From positions 1 through 25,641 of the forward strand of contig CAWHMU010000019.1 of NCBI GenBank assembly GCA_963830365.1: a DNA stretch of 25,641 nucleotides, written 5' to 3'. Below the pieces are notes generated by a model. That model did no database searches. It was given only the letters and a program-made list of their open reading frames with translations, and was not told the DNA's origin. A program made the position numbers and the translations under genes. Source of the stretch: an uncultured Chlamydiae bacterium (GTDB lineage Bacteria > Chlamydiota > Chlamydiia > Chlamydiales > Parachlamydiaceae). Below are positions 17,930-25,641 of the stretch, piece after piece (the first letter of the stretch is position 1; every line of letters begins with the position of its first letter).

Positions 17930-18082
17930 TATGCGCCGCTAGCTAATTCATATTACGACTGCGCGACTGCTTTGGAGTAGACCGATCGAAAGTAATCTCA
18001 TTTTATTATATTGGGTTGCTTTCGATCGTTCACCGCGGCTGATTTCGCATTGCTTTAATATCAACAGTTAGTCGCGAGCATA
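17930..18082. mobile_element. Diverged member of the palindromic MITE family, copy E (153 bp)
   Basis: The core GATCGAAAG...TATTGGGTTGCTTTCGATCGTTCACCGCGG aligns to the copy A core GATCGTAAG...TATTGGGTGGCTTATGATCATGCAACCGCGG. Ends are TATGC...GCATA. Confidence 0.6.
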
Positions 18083-18149
18083 TAGTATTCGCTATAAAAG
18101 GAGACCTGATACGGCATCGTCCGGCAAACAAAAGCAACCAGATAAATGC

Positions 18150-19451
18150 GGTTCATCCGGAAAATCGGTGCGTAAGATAGGGTAGATAATAAAATGCAGT
18201 AAACAATAATTTATCTCTTGGTTACCACACCGGGAGAAAATCATGTCTACTGCAACGTTATTATATCTGTTCGGAATTCAAAATGTCGAGTGCCATTCAA
18301 CGGAGTATGCAGGTGGGAAGATAATTTTCCACGCTGAAACCTCCCGGAATAATCCCTCCTGTCAAAGATGCGGAGGAAACAATGTATGTTTTCGGGGACA
18401 AAAATGTAGAAAGCTACGCATGGTTCCTTGGGGAAAAATGCCATGCTTTTTGTATCTGACCTTGAGTAGGATTTCTTGCCGTGATTGCGGTAAGTGTTCT
18501 TGGCCGGTACCGGACTTTATTCAAGGTAAACAACGAATGGTCCGTGCTTTTGTGGAGTATGTCCTCTGCCTTATTACAATAGGCACGATTTTAGGAGTAG
18601 CTCGATTTCTTGGAGTCGGTTGGGATTTGGTTAAAAACATCCATAAGGATCATCTGAAGAGGAAGTACCAAGAGATCCCTTTCAGCGAGCTGGAGTTCTT
18701 AAGTATTGATGAATTCAGCATACGTAAAGGTCATAATTATATGACAATTTTTGTAGACATTCGAACGGGGCGTATTCTTCATGCCGTCGAGGGTAGATCA
18801 AAACATGATGTGACCCCATTCCTCAGAGAATTGGCTGCAAAGGCAAAAAATCTTAAGGCGATCGCTATGGACATGAGCGGTCCTTTTGCGTCAGCCGTAA
18901 CATCAATCCTGCCAAAGGTAGATATCGTGTTCGATCACTTTCATGTGGATGCCCTAATAAATAAAGCCTTGGATGAGATTCGACGGCAGCAGCAGAACTG
19001 TCTTGACCAAACATCGCGGAAGGTTGTGAAAGGTAAACGATTTCTTCTCCTCAGGAATTGCAGCGCGCTGGATAAATCTGCTCAAGAGGGATTACAGGCT
19101 CTTCTCGATATCAATGCCCCCCTCCTAATTGCTCACACCTTAAAGGAGCAGTTTCGACTGTTCTGGGAACAATCTACACAAGAAAGTGCATCGAGCTTTC
19201 TTGTGCGTTGGCTCTGGGACGTTTTTGAGAGCGGCCTAGAGCCATTAATTAAGGTTGGAAGGACTCTTTTAGGGCATGCGAAAGGGTTGGTTAATTATTT
19301 CAAGCATCGGATAAGCAATGGGAAAATCGAGGGAATCAACAACAAAATCAAGACGATGTCACGACAAGCATACGGATTTCGAGATATGGAATATTTTAAA
19401 TTGAGACTACTGCATCTGCATGAGCAAAAGCACTCATTAACCGGATGAACC
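18150..19451 (+). mobile_element. ISL3 family insertion sequence (1302 bp)
   Basis: Terminal IRs GGTTCATCCGG / CCGGATGAACC and an 8-bp TSD ATAAATGC at 18142-18149 and 19452-19459. Confidence 0.93.
18243..19448 (+). CDS. ISL3 family transposase
   Basis: Zinc finger CQRC/CRDC, then SIDEF, AMDM, DHFHV and SNGKIEGINNKIK. The stop codon lies inside the right IR. Confidence 0.95.
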   Translation: MSTATLLYLFGIQNVECHSTEYAGGKIIFHAETSRNNPSCQRCGGNNVCFRGQKCRKLRMVPWGKMPCFLYLTLSRISCRDCGKCSWPVPDFIQGKQRMVRAFVEYVLCLITIGTILGVARFLGVGWDLVKNIHKDHLKRKYQEIPFSELEFLSIDEFSIRKGHNYMTIFVDIRTGRILHAVEGRSKHDVTPFLRELAAKAKNLKAIAMDMSGPFASAVTSILPKVDIVFDHFHVDALINKALDEIRRQQQNCLDQTSRKVVKGKRFLLLRNCSALDKSAQEGLQALLDINAPLLIAHTLKEQFRLFWEQSTQESASSFLVRWLWDVFESGLEPLIKVGRTLLGHAKGLVNYFKHRISNGKIEGINNKIKTMSRQAYGFRDMEYFKLRLLHLHEQKHSLTG

Positions 19452-19482
19452 ATAAATGCCCCTTTAGTGTTAAGTCTTGATG

Positions 19483-19859
19483 TATACCGGAAACTAGTGG
19501 AAATTTGACATATGGACTCGGCGAAAGCTCTCGGGGCTGGATGCTCGTAAGCCCTCCAATATTAATATGATGAGGTAGCTTGCGATGGCTCATCACGTAA
19601 TTGAGTACCTGATTTGCGAAACGCTAAGTACTAAGCCCTTTATTCTTCTCTAAGTCTCTGTAAATTAGTGGTAAATATTTTGTAAAATTTGATTAATAAT
19701 AACATTCCTTTGCTGGCAGATTTCAACACTGCTAGACAGAGGCGCAGAGATACTCTGGAAAGATCTTCTAGGCATTCATTTGTGCGATGATCACTTACGA
19801 TCATGCAACCCCGTGATTTTGGCATGTTATGTGTCAAATTTCTACTAGATTCCGGTATA
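19483..19859. mobile_element. Palindromic MITE-like element, copy C, with ~225 bp internal insert
   Basis: TATACCGGAA...TTCCGGTATA ends. The left arm (~19483-19567) and right arm (19794-19859) are homologous to copies A and B. Confidence 0.72.
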
Positions 19860-19975
19860 CGGTTGATTAAAGTGACATGAATTATTTTAAAAATAATTCA
19901 GTTTTGTTTTTTTTTGGAATTATGTTAGCGTATTTTAACGTTTTAAAACCTCTAATACAAAAGGGTAATAATTTT

Positions 19976-20551
19976 ATGTCATCATCATGTTCATCAAGTT
20001 CTTCAAACTCCTATAGTTTAGCAGATTCAGCAGCTACATATGCTGCTGCCGCTGCTGATGCGCCACTGACGACTGCAAATTCCATTATGGACAGAGCCAT
20101 CACAAATATAAGCTCTGCCAATCTGACATTTTCCTCAGCGTCTAACCAAAATCCTCTTAACGGTTCCCGTCTTTCCTCGCTCTCTGCATCTACTGAAGAA
20201 TACAAAGATCCGACCACTTCTAATCGGACGAATGGCACTATATTAGGAAAGATGTTCGCAAAGGGCAAGGATTCATATTGGACCAGACTCAGTATGCGCG
20301 CAGCTGATGTTCTCTTAAAACATGGAAATAAAGGCGCAACTGTAAATCTGTACGACTGTAATGATCTCAAAGAAGTAGACATTAAAGATATGTTGGACGA
20401 ATTTCCAGATGCCGAATTTATATACGAAAGGGAAGAAGAACCTGTTAAAGCATCCAATGATCTCATTGATGACGAAGAGTATTTGCAAAAGCAGGAAGAA
20501 TTTCAACAAGCATGGAAAGCCCTGCGCACTGCTTTACAAAATAAAAAATAA
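19976..20551 (+). CDS. Hypothetical Ser-rich protein, candidate T3S effector
   Basis: Probable start at 19976 (AAGGG upstream, MSSSCSSSSSNS). Acidic C-terminal half, followed by a terminator. Confidence 0.7.
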   Translation: MSSSCSSSSSNSYSLADSAATYAAAAADAPLTTANSIMDRAITNISSANLTFSSASNQNPLNGSRLSSLSASTEEYKDPTTSNRTNGTILGKMFAKGKDSYWTRLSMRAADVLLKHGNKGATVNLYDCNDLKEVDIKDMLDEFPDAEFIYEREEEPVKASNDLIDDEEYLQKQEEFQQAWKALRTALQNKK

Positions 20552-20578
20552 GTTTTTGTATGCACGACTGGTTTATCT

Positions 20579-20621
20579 TGAAAACGGCAGCTGCTCAGCT
20601 TAAGGGCAGCTGCCGTTTTCA
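20579..20621. terminator. Bidirectional terminator between convergent genes
   Basis: TGAAAACGGCAGCTGC / GCAGCTGCCGTTTTCA perfect 16-bp IR overlapping the resB-like stop codon. Confidence 0.75.
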
Positions 20622-23060
20622 TTTGCGCTGGCGGTAGGGGCGCATGGCGAAGAGCAGCAGGATGCCGCATGAAACAAGAAACGCGCCGGGGTAGGTCAGC
20701 CAATATTTGGCAGGGTCATGGTTGACAACGATCTGCACGCGCTTGACGGCGCCTTCTGTAGGGGGCGTTAGCGATGCCAGGTAGAAGCGATAGCCGTCCC
20801 AGGTCTCATGCACATGGTTCATGCTGATGGTTTTTTCGATCTGTTGCCCTGAGCGCGTATCGGTGATGATAAGATCGCTTTCGAAGCTGTAGGGTTGGGA
20901 TGAATTCGGATAGTTGATCTGGCGGGCGTGCCGCAGCCGTATGCGATAGGGGATGGCGCTATAGGCCGGCTGAAAGCGCACCAGGTATTCCCCATTCAAT
21001 ATTGGCCATTTAAGTCCTGTGCCGTAGTGGTCATAGGAGAGGTGGGTGGCCTGGGTCAGCTCACCTTTACGCGCCACCAGCTTGATCAGTGGGAAGTGGT
21101 CTTCGAGTTTGGAGCTAGGCGGCACGCTTTGCTGGGCGGGGATGACCGTAGTTTCAAGCACTACGGCCGTGGGGTCTGTGGCCGCCGGCTCGTTTTTCGC
21201 TGTGGCATAGACTTGTAAAAGCTGCTCCAGCTCCTCTATCGAAGCCGGCAGCGGCACGACAGAGCTTATGTGGATGGCATAAGCCCTTAGGTAGGCCGAG
21301 AATAGGGCCGCTTGTAACTCTGCGGTCGGCGGTTTTTTGGCTTCGATCGATTGCATCAGCGGCAATAGGTCGGCAGCGGAAAAGATCTGCTGAATCAGTT
21401 GGGCCAAGATGGCGGAAGACTCTGCGGACGAAAGAGGCCCTTGATGTGGAAGTTCAGCCTCTAGAGTCGATAGCAGTGGCCATTGCTTTGCGCGTAAAAT
21501 TTCTAGTACATCCTGTCCTTGCTGCAAGGGAGTTTCAAGCTGCTCAAAGAAATCCATGGTCCACTGGCAGGCCTGGCGCTGGCGCGCCGGGATGCTTCTT
21601 AGATCCAACTGCGCCATCAAAGGGGCAAGGTTGGGAGGGAGTGGGACGTCTTTAGGATAGATCCAGCTATAGGTAGCGTCCCAATGTCTCAAAAGTGACA
21701 TAAACGTCTCGATATAATCGACATCGGCTTTTTGGCAGGCCTGCTGCCACAGTTGTAGCGGAGGGGAGAGTTCTATCCCTTGCATGACCGCCAGGCGCAG
21801 CTGTTCTGCCAGTCGATGCATGATGGCAGCTTCGCGCCAGGCGCGGCTGCTGGCTTTTTGTTTAAAGGGCAGTGCGGCCTGCACAGCATAACCGCCAAAA
21901 CCCTCATCATAAGCCAGGAGTGCCTCGAGGTTGTCGCTGCGGAACGCCTGCCATGAGAGCCGGCCGTGGGCATCGACTGCCGCCAGATGTACATCGTAGT
22001 TTTCATCTTCGATGATGGCTAGCAGCGGCGGGGAGTCGATATCGACAGCTATCGGCAAGCTACCCAGGTAAGGTGTAGTGAGATTGATATTTAGCAGGGC
22101 ATGCGCGCCATCAAGCGGGATCTTCATTTGCAGCGGTTTTTCGCTGTGGCCGGCCCGAAGTTGCACTTGCAGCTGGGGATCATCCAAGCCTGTGATGGTG
22201 GAAAAAGGCAGCTGCAGTCCGAAGGTGGCCGCCCCATACTCTCCCAGCTCCACAGGACTTTGCATGGCCTGCACTAAAGGCATGTCGGCTATGACCTTAG
22301 CTGTCAGCCGTTCGACCACACGCAGCTGGGCGTTTTGCCGGTAAAGCTGCGCGATGGCTTTGGCGGGCAGTGCCGTGCGGATGGCATACAGCCGCCAAGC
22401 AGGCGCTGACGGGTAAAAGCGAGCTTTGGCACCTAAAGGAATCGTCGCATCCATGTCAGCGAAATCCATCTCATAGATCGCTATGGGATTAAGTCCTGAA
22501 ATCACCGCATAATCGCCCTTTACCCAGCTGGCGTAGCGCTCTGTGGAATGGGGATGAAAGGCGGCCAGGCGCAAATCCAGCCCGTCCGCGTTTGAGGCAA
22601 TCACACTGTCAAAACCGCCGCCGAGTGTGCTTTGCAGCGCATAGCGGGCGGGCGGCACGGCGTGTTTTTCCACCTGCACGGCATAGGAGCCAAGTTCAAA
22701 GATCTCCTGTGAGGCGCCGCCTTCCATCAAGCTCATCGTGCCTTGTACACCGAAATAGTGTTTACCAAGTACGCCGCTCAGCATCATCAGCAGGCCTAGG
22801 TGGGTAACCAGGAAGGGGATGTGACGGACTTTAAACGGCCAACGGCGGGTGGCGGAAAATAAGATATTAACAAAAAAACCCCAAAGCAAAAGCGCAAACA
22901 AAGGATTGCTATAGGTGAAGTTGGCCGCAAAGCGGTGCGATTGGGTGGTGGATTCAATAAAAGTGCCGGCGATGACAAACACTGCCGCCGCGGCAATTAG
23001 GAATAGGGCGACATGGATGCCGCCAAGAAAATGATAGAGGCGATGCGCATAGGTCTTCAT
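20619..23060 (-). CDS. ResB/CcsB-like cytochrome c biogenesis protein with a very large periplasmic region
   Basis: Three N-terminal TMs including FLVTHLGLL (TM His). The C-terminal region Y..S.QPYSFESD, ISMNH, GYRFYLAS, DPAKYWLTYPG is followed by a TM. Confidence 0.78.
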   Translation of the reverse strand: MKTYAHRLYHFLGGIHVALFLIAAAAVFVIAGTFIESTTQSHRFAANFTYSNPLFALLLWGFFVNILFSATRRWPFKVRHIPFLVTHLGLLMMLSGVLGKHYFGVQGTMSLMEGGASQEIFELGSYAVQVEKHAVPPARYALQSTLGGGFDSVIASNADGLDLRLAAFHPHSTERYASWVKGDYAVISGLNPIAIYEMDFADMDATIPLGAKARFYPSAPAWRLYAIRTALPAKAIAQLYRQNAQLRVVERLTAKVIADMPLVQAMQSPVELGEYGAATFGLQLPFSTITGLDDPQLQVQLRAGHSEKPLQMKIPLDGAHALLNINLTTPYLGSLPIAVDIDSPPLLAIIEDENYDVHLAAVDAHGRLSWQAFRSDNLEALLAYDEGFGGYAVQAALPFKQKASSRAWREAAIMHRLAEQLRLAVMQGIELSPPLQLWQQACQKADVDYIETFMSLLRHWDATYSWIYPKDVPLPPNLAPLMAQLDLRSIPARQRQACQWTMDFFEQLETPLQQGQDVLEILRAKQWPLLSTLEAELPHQGPLSSAESSAILAQLIQQIFSAADLLPLMQSIEAKKPPTAELQAALFSAYLRAYAIHISSVVPLPASIEELEQLLQVYATAKNEPAATDPTAVVLETTVIPAQQSVPPSSKLEDHFPLIKLVARKGELTQATHLSYDHYGTGLKWPILNGEYLVRFQPAYSAIPYRIRLRHARQINYPNSSQPYSFESDLIITDTRSGQQIEKTISMNHVHETWDGYRFYLASLTPPTEGAVKRVQIVVNHDPAKYWLTYPGAFLVSCGILLLFAMRPYRQRK

Positions 23061-23719
23061 CGGGATGGAATCTCCTCGATGAGTTCAAAGGAACGCGCAA
23101 AGGCCATAATGGCCATTTGGTGTTTTTCCAGCAAAGGCCGCGGTCCGACGGCCTTAATGGTCACGTCTCCCTTCATCTGCTGATAGCTAGCGGTTTTATC
23201 GCCAGGCTGCGGTGGGGATAATGCGCGGTAATGTTCTGGAGCCAGCTGCATGGCCCATCCCAATACCATCGTTTCCACGCCTTGCAGCAGGCCGACGCCG
23301 GTAAACAAAAAGCCGCTATAGCCGCTAAAGGCTTGGGGAGTGATGCTGGAGAGGTTGGGGTAGATAGGATCAAGCTGCCGCTGCCAGCGGGACACCTGTG
23401 CCAGTGGCGGAATGCGCTGCTCGATGGTGTCGGAGGGGAAGTTGTGGATGGCGATGCGAACCATCAGGCCGCCATCATAAATGATGAATTCACATAAGGC
23501 CTTGGTCGTATCGGCCAAGGATTCCTCAGGCAGGGGATCTCTGCGTATCCATCCTGGCGGCACGCGGATGCGGTAGATGGCCTGGCGTTGCGAGTCGGCA
23601 TTGCGTCCTTTGATTTCCTCCATCTTGGAAGGTTGTGTAGTGCCTGATGATGTGCTTAAGTCTTGCGAACAGGCGCTAAACAATAGGAAAAATGATGACA
23701 TGACAAAGAAAACGCGCAT
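23057..23719 (-). CDS. Hypothetical lipoprotein coupled to the resB-like gene
   Basis: Lipobox LFSAC (Cys17), GGAG RBS and an ATGA overlap with the resB-like start. Confidence 0.8.
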   Translation of the reverse strand: MRVFFVMSSFFLLFSACSQDLSTSSGTTQPSKMEEIKGRNADSQRQAIYRIRVPPGWIRRDPLPEESLADTTKALCEFIIYDGGLMVRIAIHNFPSDTIEQRIPPLAQVSRWQRQLDPIYPNLSSITPQAFSGYSGFLFTGVGLLQGVETMVLGWAMQLAPEHYRALSPPQPGDKTASYQQMKGDVTIKAVGPRPLLEKHQMAIMAFARSFELIEEIPSR

Positions 23720-23741
23720 GGACTCTTCTCCAAAAGAAAAG

Positions 23742-23770
23742 ACTATACTGGCAAAGCAAATTTTTGTCGC
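23742..23770 (-). promoter_or_regulatory. Putative promoter for the lipoprotein-resB operon
   Basis: Minus strand GCGACA, 17-bp spacer, TATAGT. Confidence 0.4.
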
Positions 23771-23776
23771 CTGCGA

Positions 23777-25641
23777 TTATCCTTTTATGTAGCCCATGCC
23801 GCGCAAAACCTCCAGCACGCCTGCATCGGTCAGGCCAAGCATGTTAAGGTCATTATCGTAGTGGATATAGGCTGGCCAATCGATGTCAGCATTGATATCG
23901 AGGCGGATTTTTTCAAAGAATTCCACCAGGTGGCCATGTTTTATGGTCTTGGTTTGAATAGCTTGTTCAAGCGCCCGCTTGACCCGCGGTAAAATGACAG
24001 TCTGGATCTGCTTAATGATTTGTTCAAGGACATCTTCAGCTTCTAGTCCTGAGCATTGGTCATCGATGACCTCGGTACATTTAACCCAATAATCAGCCAG
24101 ACAGGAACTTGTATAAGGGTCAAATGCCTGCCGCCAGATCATGCCCAATTGTCTGGCAAAGCGATTTGGTAGGAATACCGCATTATGCGATGACTGTACC
24201 AAAAACCATGGATCAACAGTTGCTGGCAGGAGTTTCTTATGCAGCATTTCGTCGGCTAAGGACTTGCTGAACAGCAACTGCATTTCGGCATCGACACTAT
24301 TTTCGATCAGTTCGACCGCAGTCACGGAGGCTTGCAGCTGTTTAGGATGGCGCTGCTGGCTAGTAAGGCCGTGGTTGTAAAATTCGGCAAAGCCGTCCTT
24401 TTGCCCGATCGAGCAGTTGCGTACGAAATTGCAAAACTTGAGAAACATTTCTTCTTGCTGAGAAAGAGAGCTGTCGTTAACGGGCTTATTGCAGGTCTCT
24501 TTAATGGCATTTAGGACGGTATAAAGGTATAGGTGGGCATTTTCAATAGCCTCTTCAGGATTTCTTCTGATTTTAAGCAGCTTGGTAATTTCAGCGGTTT
24601 CGGCCGTCGTTTGCTCTTTCAAACGGGTGAGTAGAGGCCTCGGATCTACGATAGTTTTGTTCGCATAGCCTACATCGTCACTGCAAAGGGCTTCGATGGC
24701 ACTCTCGATGGCGTCACGGTAGTTGTTATCTTCCAAGCGTTTTTCCAAACCGATGAAGAGTTTTTCAAAGAAATTTGCAGGGATCCCTTCGGGCAAATCA
24801 CTGAAGACATAGCCTGGTTTAGCAGCCCTTTTACGGCATCCTGCCAAATCCAGGGAGATTTTGACATCAATTGGCTTGTCATCTGGGCTATTGGTGATTG
24901 TGAGTGTAGTAGGAATGGTAGGGTTGAGGAGTTTATCTTCCTGCGTAATTTTTTTCAGTTTGGCATGCATAATATAGGGATTATTGGGGGCCGAAAAATT
25001 TTGTGTCTTGGCCTGTGCTTCAAGGGCCATTTGGAAAATTATATCATCGTTTTTCAGCTGCAGGTAATTCTGGTTGGTGATGATGAAGCAGCTTACATTA
25101 TAAGCCACTGTAATATCGCCGACGCTGCTTAACACGTTTTGGAGATGTGATAAAGTATTGGTTCTAATTTCATCGTTCTGCATTAACATCTGTACCAGCG
25201 CATCGGAGGAACATGCCCTGTCGATATTGTCAGCGCTGATGAGATTGTCATGCAGCAACTTGATGGCGGCAAGTCTTGATTCCGGCGGGATAAAAGAGCA
25301 AACAGCATGTAGGCTGGTAAATTTGGCATGGTGAGAGCAGCGGTTGATGGACTTAATCAATTTTGCAATACTTTCGTCATTGCATTGTTGCGGAGTAAAT
25401 AATGATATTAAAGTAATCAGCTCAGCGCATTGGTAGCCGTTTGGGATTAGCGGTTTGAGTGGCGGCTGATTGACTTTGGGATCAAACAGGGAGGCGACAA
25501 CACTTAAAACATGTGTTCGAGCGTTCATAGGGACATTGCCAAGGGCAAAGATAATCTTGAGGTCTTCTAGCTTGGATTGCCTACATTTCATCAGCAGGGA
25601 TAGATGGTCAAAGGCAAGCGCTCGTTGGGCTGGCGGAATGA
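23777..25641 (-). CDS. Hypothetical repeat protein with an unknown C-terminal domain (5' end outside the window)
   Basis: The frame stays open upstream of the ATG at 25591 to the window edge, reading IPPAQRALAFDHLSLL-MK, which is another repeat unit. Confidence 0.78.
   Translation of the reverse strand, partial: IPPAQRALAFDHLSLLMKCRQSKLEDLKIIFALGNVPMNARTHVLSVVASLFDPKVNQPPLKPLIPNGYQCAELITLISLFTPQQCNDESIAKLIKSINRCSHHAKFTSLHAVCSFIPPESRLAAIKLLHDNLISADNIDRACSSDALVQMLMQNDEIRTNTLSHLQNVLSSVGDITVAYNVSCFIITNQNYLQLKNDDIIFQMALEAQAKTQNFSAPNNPYIMHAKLKKITQEDKLLNPTIPTTLTITNSPDDKPIDVKISLDLAGCRKRAAKPGYVFSDLPEGIPANFFEKLFIGLEKRLEDNNYRDAIESAIEALCSDDVGYANKTIVDPRPLLTRLKEQTTAETAEITKLLKIRRNPEEAIENAHLYLYTVLNAIKETCNKPVNDSSLSQQEEMFLKFCNFVRNCSIGQKDGFAEFYNHGLTSQQRHPKQLQASVTAVELIENSVDAEMQLLFSKSLADEMLHKKLLPATVDPWFLVQSSHNAVFLPNRFARQLGMIWRQAFDPYTSSCLADYWVKCTEVIDDQCSGLEAEDVLEQIIKQIQTVILPRVKRALEQAIQTKTIKHGHLVEFFEKIRLDINADIDWPAYIHYDNDLNMLGLTDAGVLEVLRGMGYIKG

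Noticed and set aside
19877..19975. N-terminal 33 codons of the 224-aa ORF
   Set aside because: AT-rich and promoter-like. The SD-like AAGGG favours the ATG at 19976.

Overview
This window looks like chromosome from an environmental chlamydia (Parachlamydiales-like). The call rests on a CT053-like chlamydial signature protein inside a holA - RsmI-like methyltransferase - hemW block and on several ORFs with Ser-rich N-termini of the type III secretion (T3S) kind. The backbone genes are an ABC-F ATPase, a VKOR-DsbA fusion, TMEM14, dienelactone hydrolase, truncated globin, an AEC transporter, DUF4019, waaA, two tRNA-Met genes, holA, an RsmI-like gene, hemW, the CT053-like gene, and a System II cytochrome c maturation set (lipoprotein, ResB-like, CcsA). 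A ~4.7 kb accessory segment lies between resB and ccsA. It holds a REPIN-like 268-bp palindrome, a helical-repeat protein, an intact ISL3 with an 8-bp target-site duplication (TSD), two palindromic MITEs and a Ser-rich orphan. The most notable unexplained signals are: (i) four copies of a ~150-170 bp TA-flanked palindromic element whose arms co-vary, one of which may drive an sRNA; (ii) 7-, 8- and 9-mer tandem units in inverted arrays, mostly just after stop codons; (iii) two proteins sharing a 33-36 aa (I/L/V)P-x-x-x-R repeat, one with a putative Cys-containing C-terminal domain; (iv) two Inc-like small proteins next to the tRNAs. All calls were made by eye from the sequence and no database searches were run.
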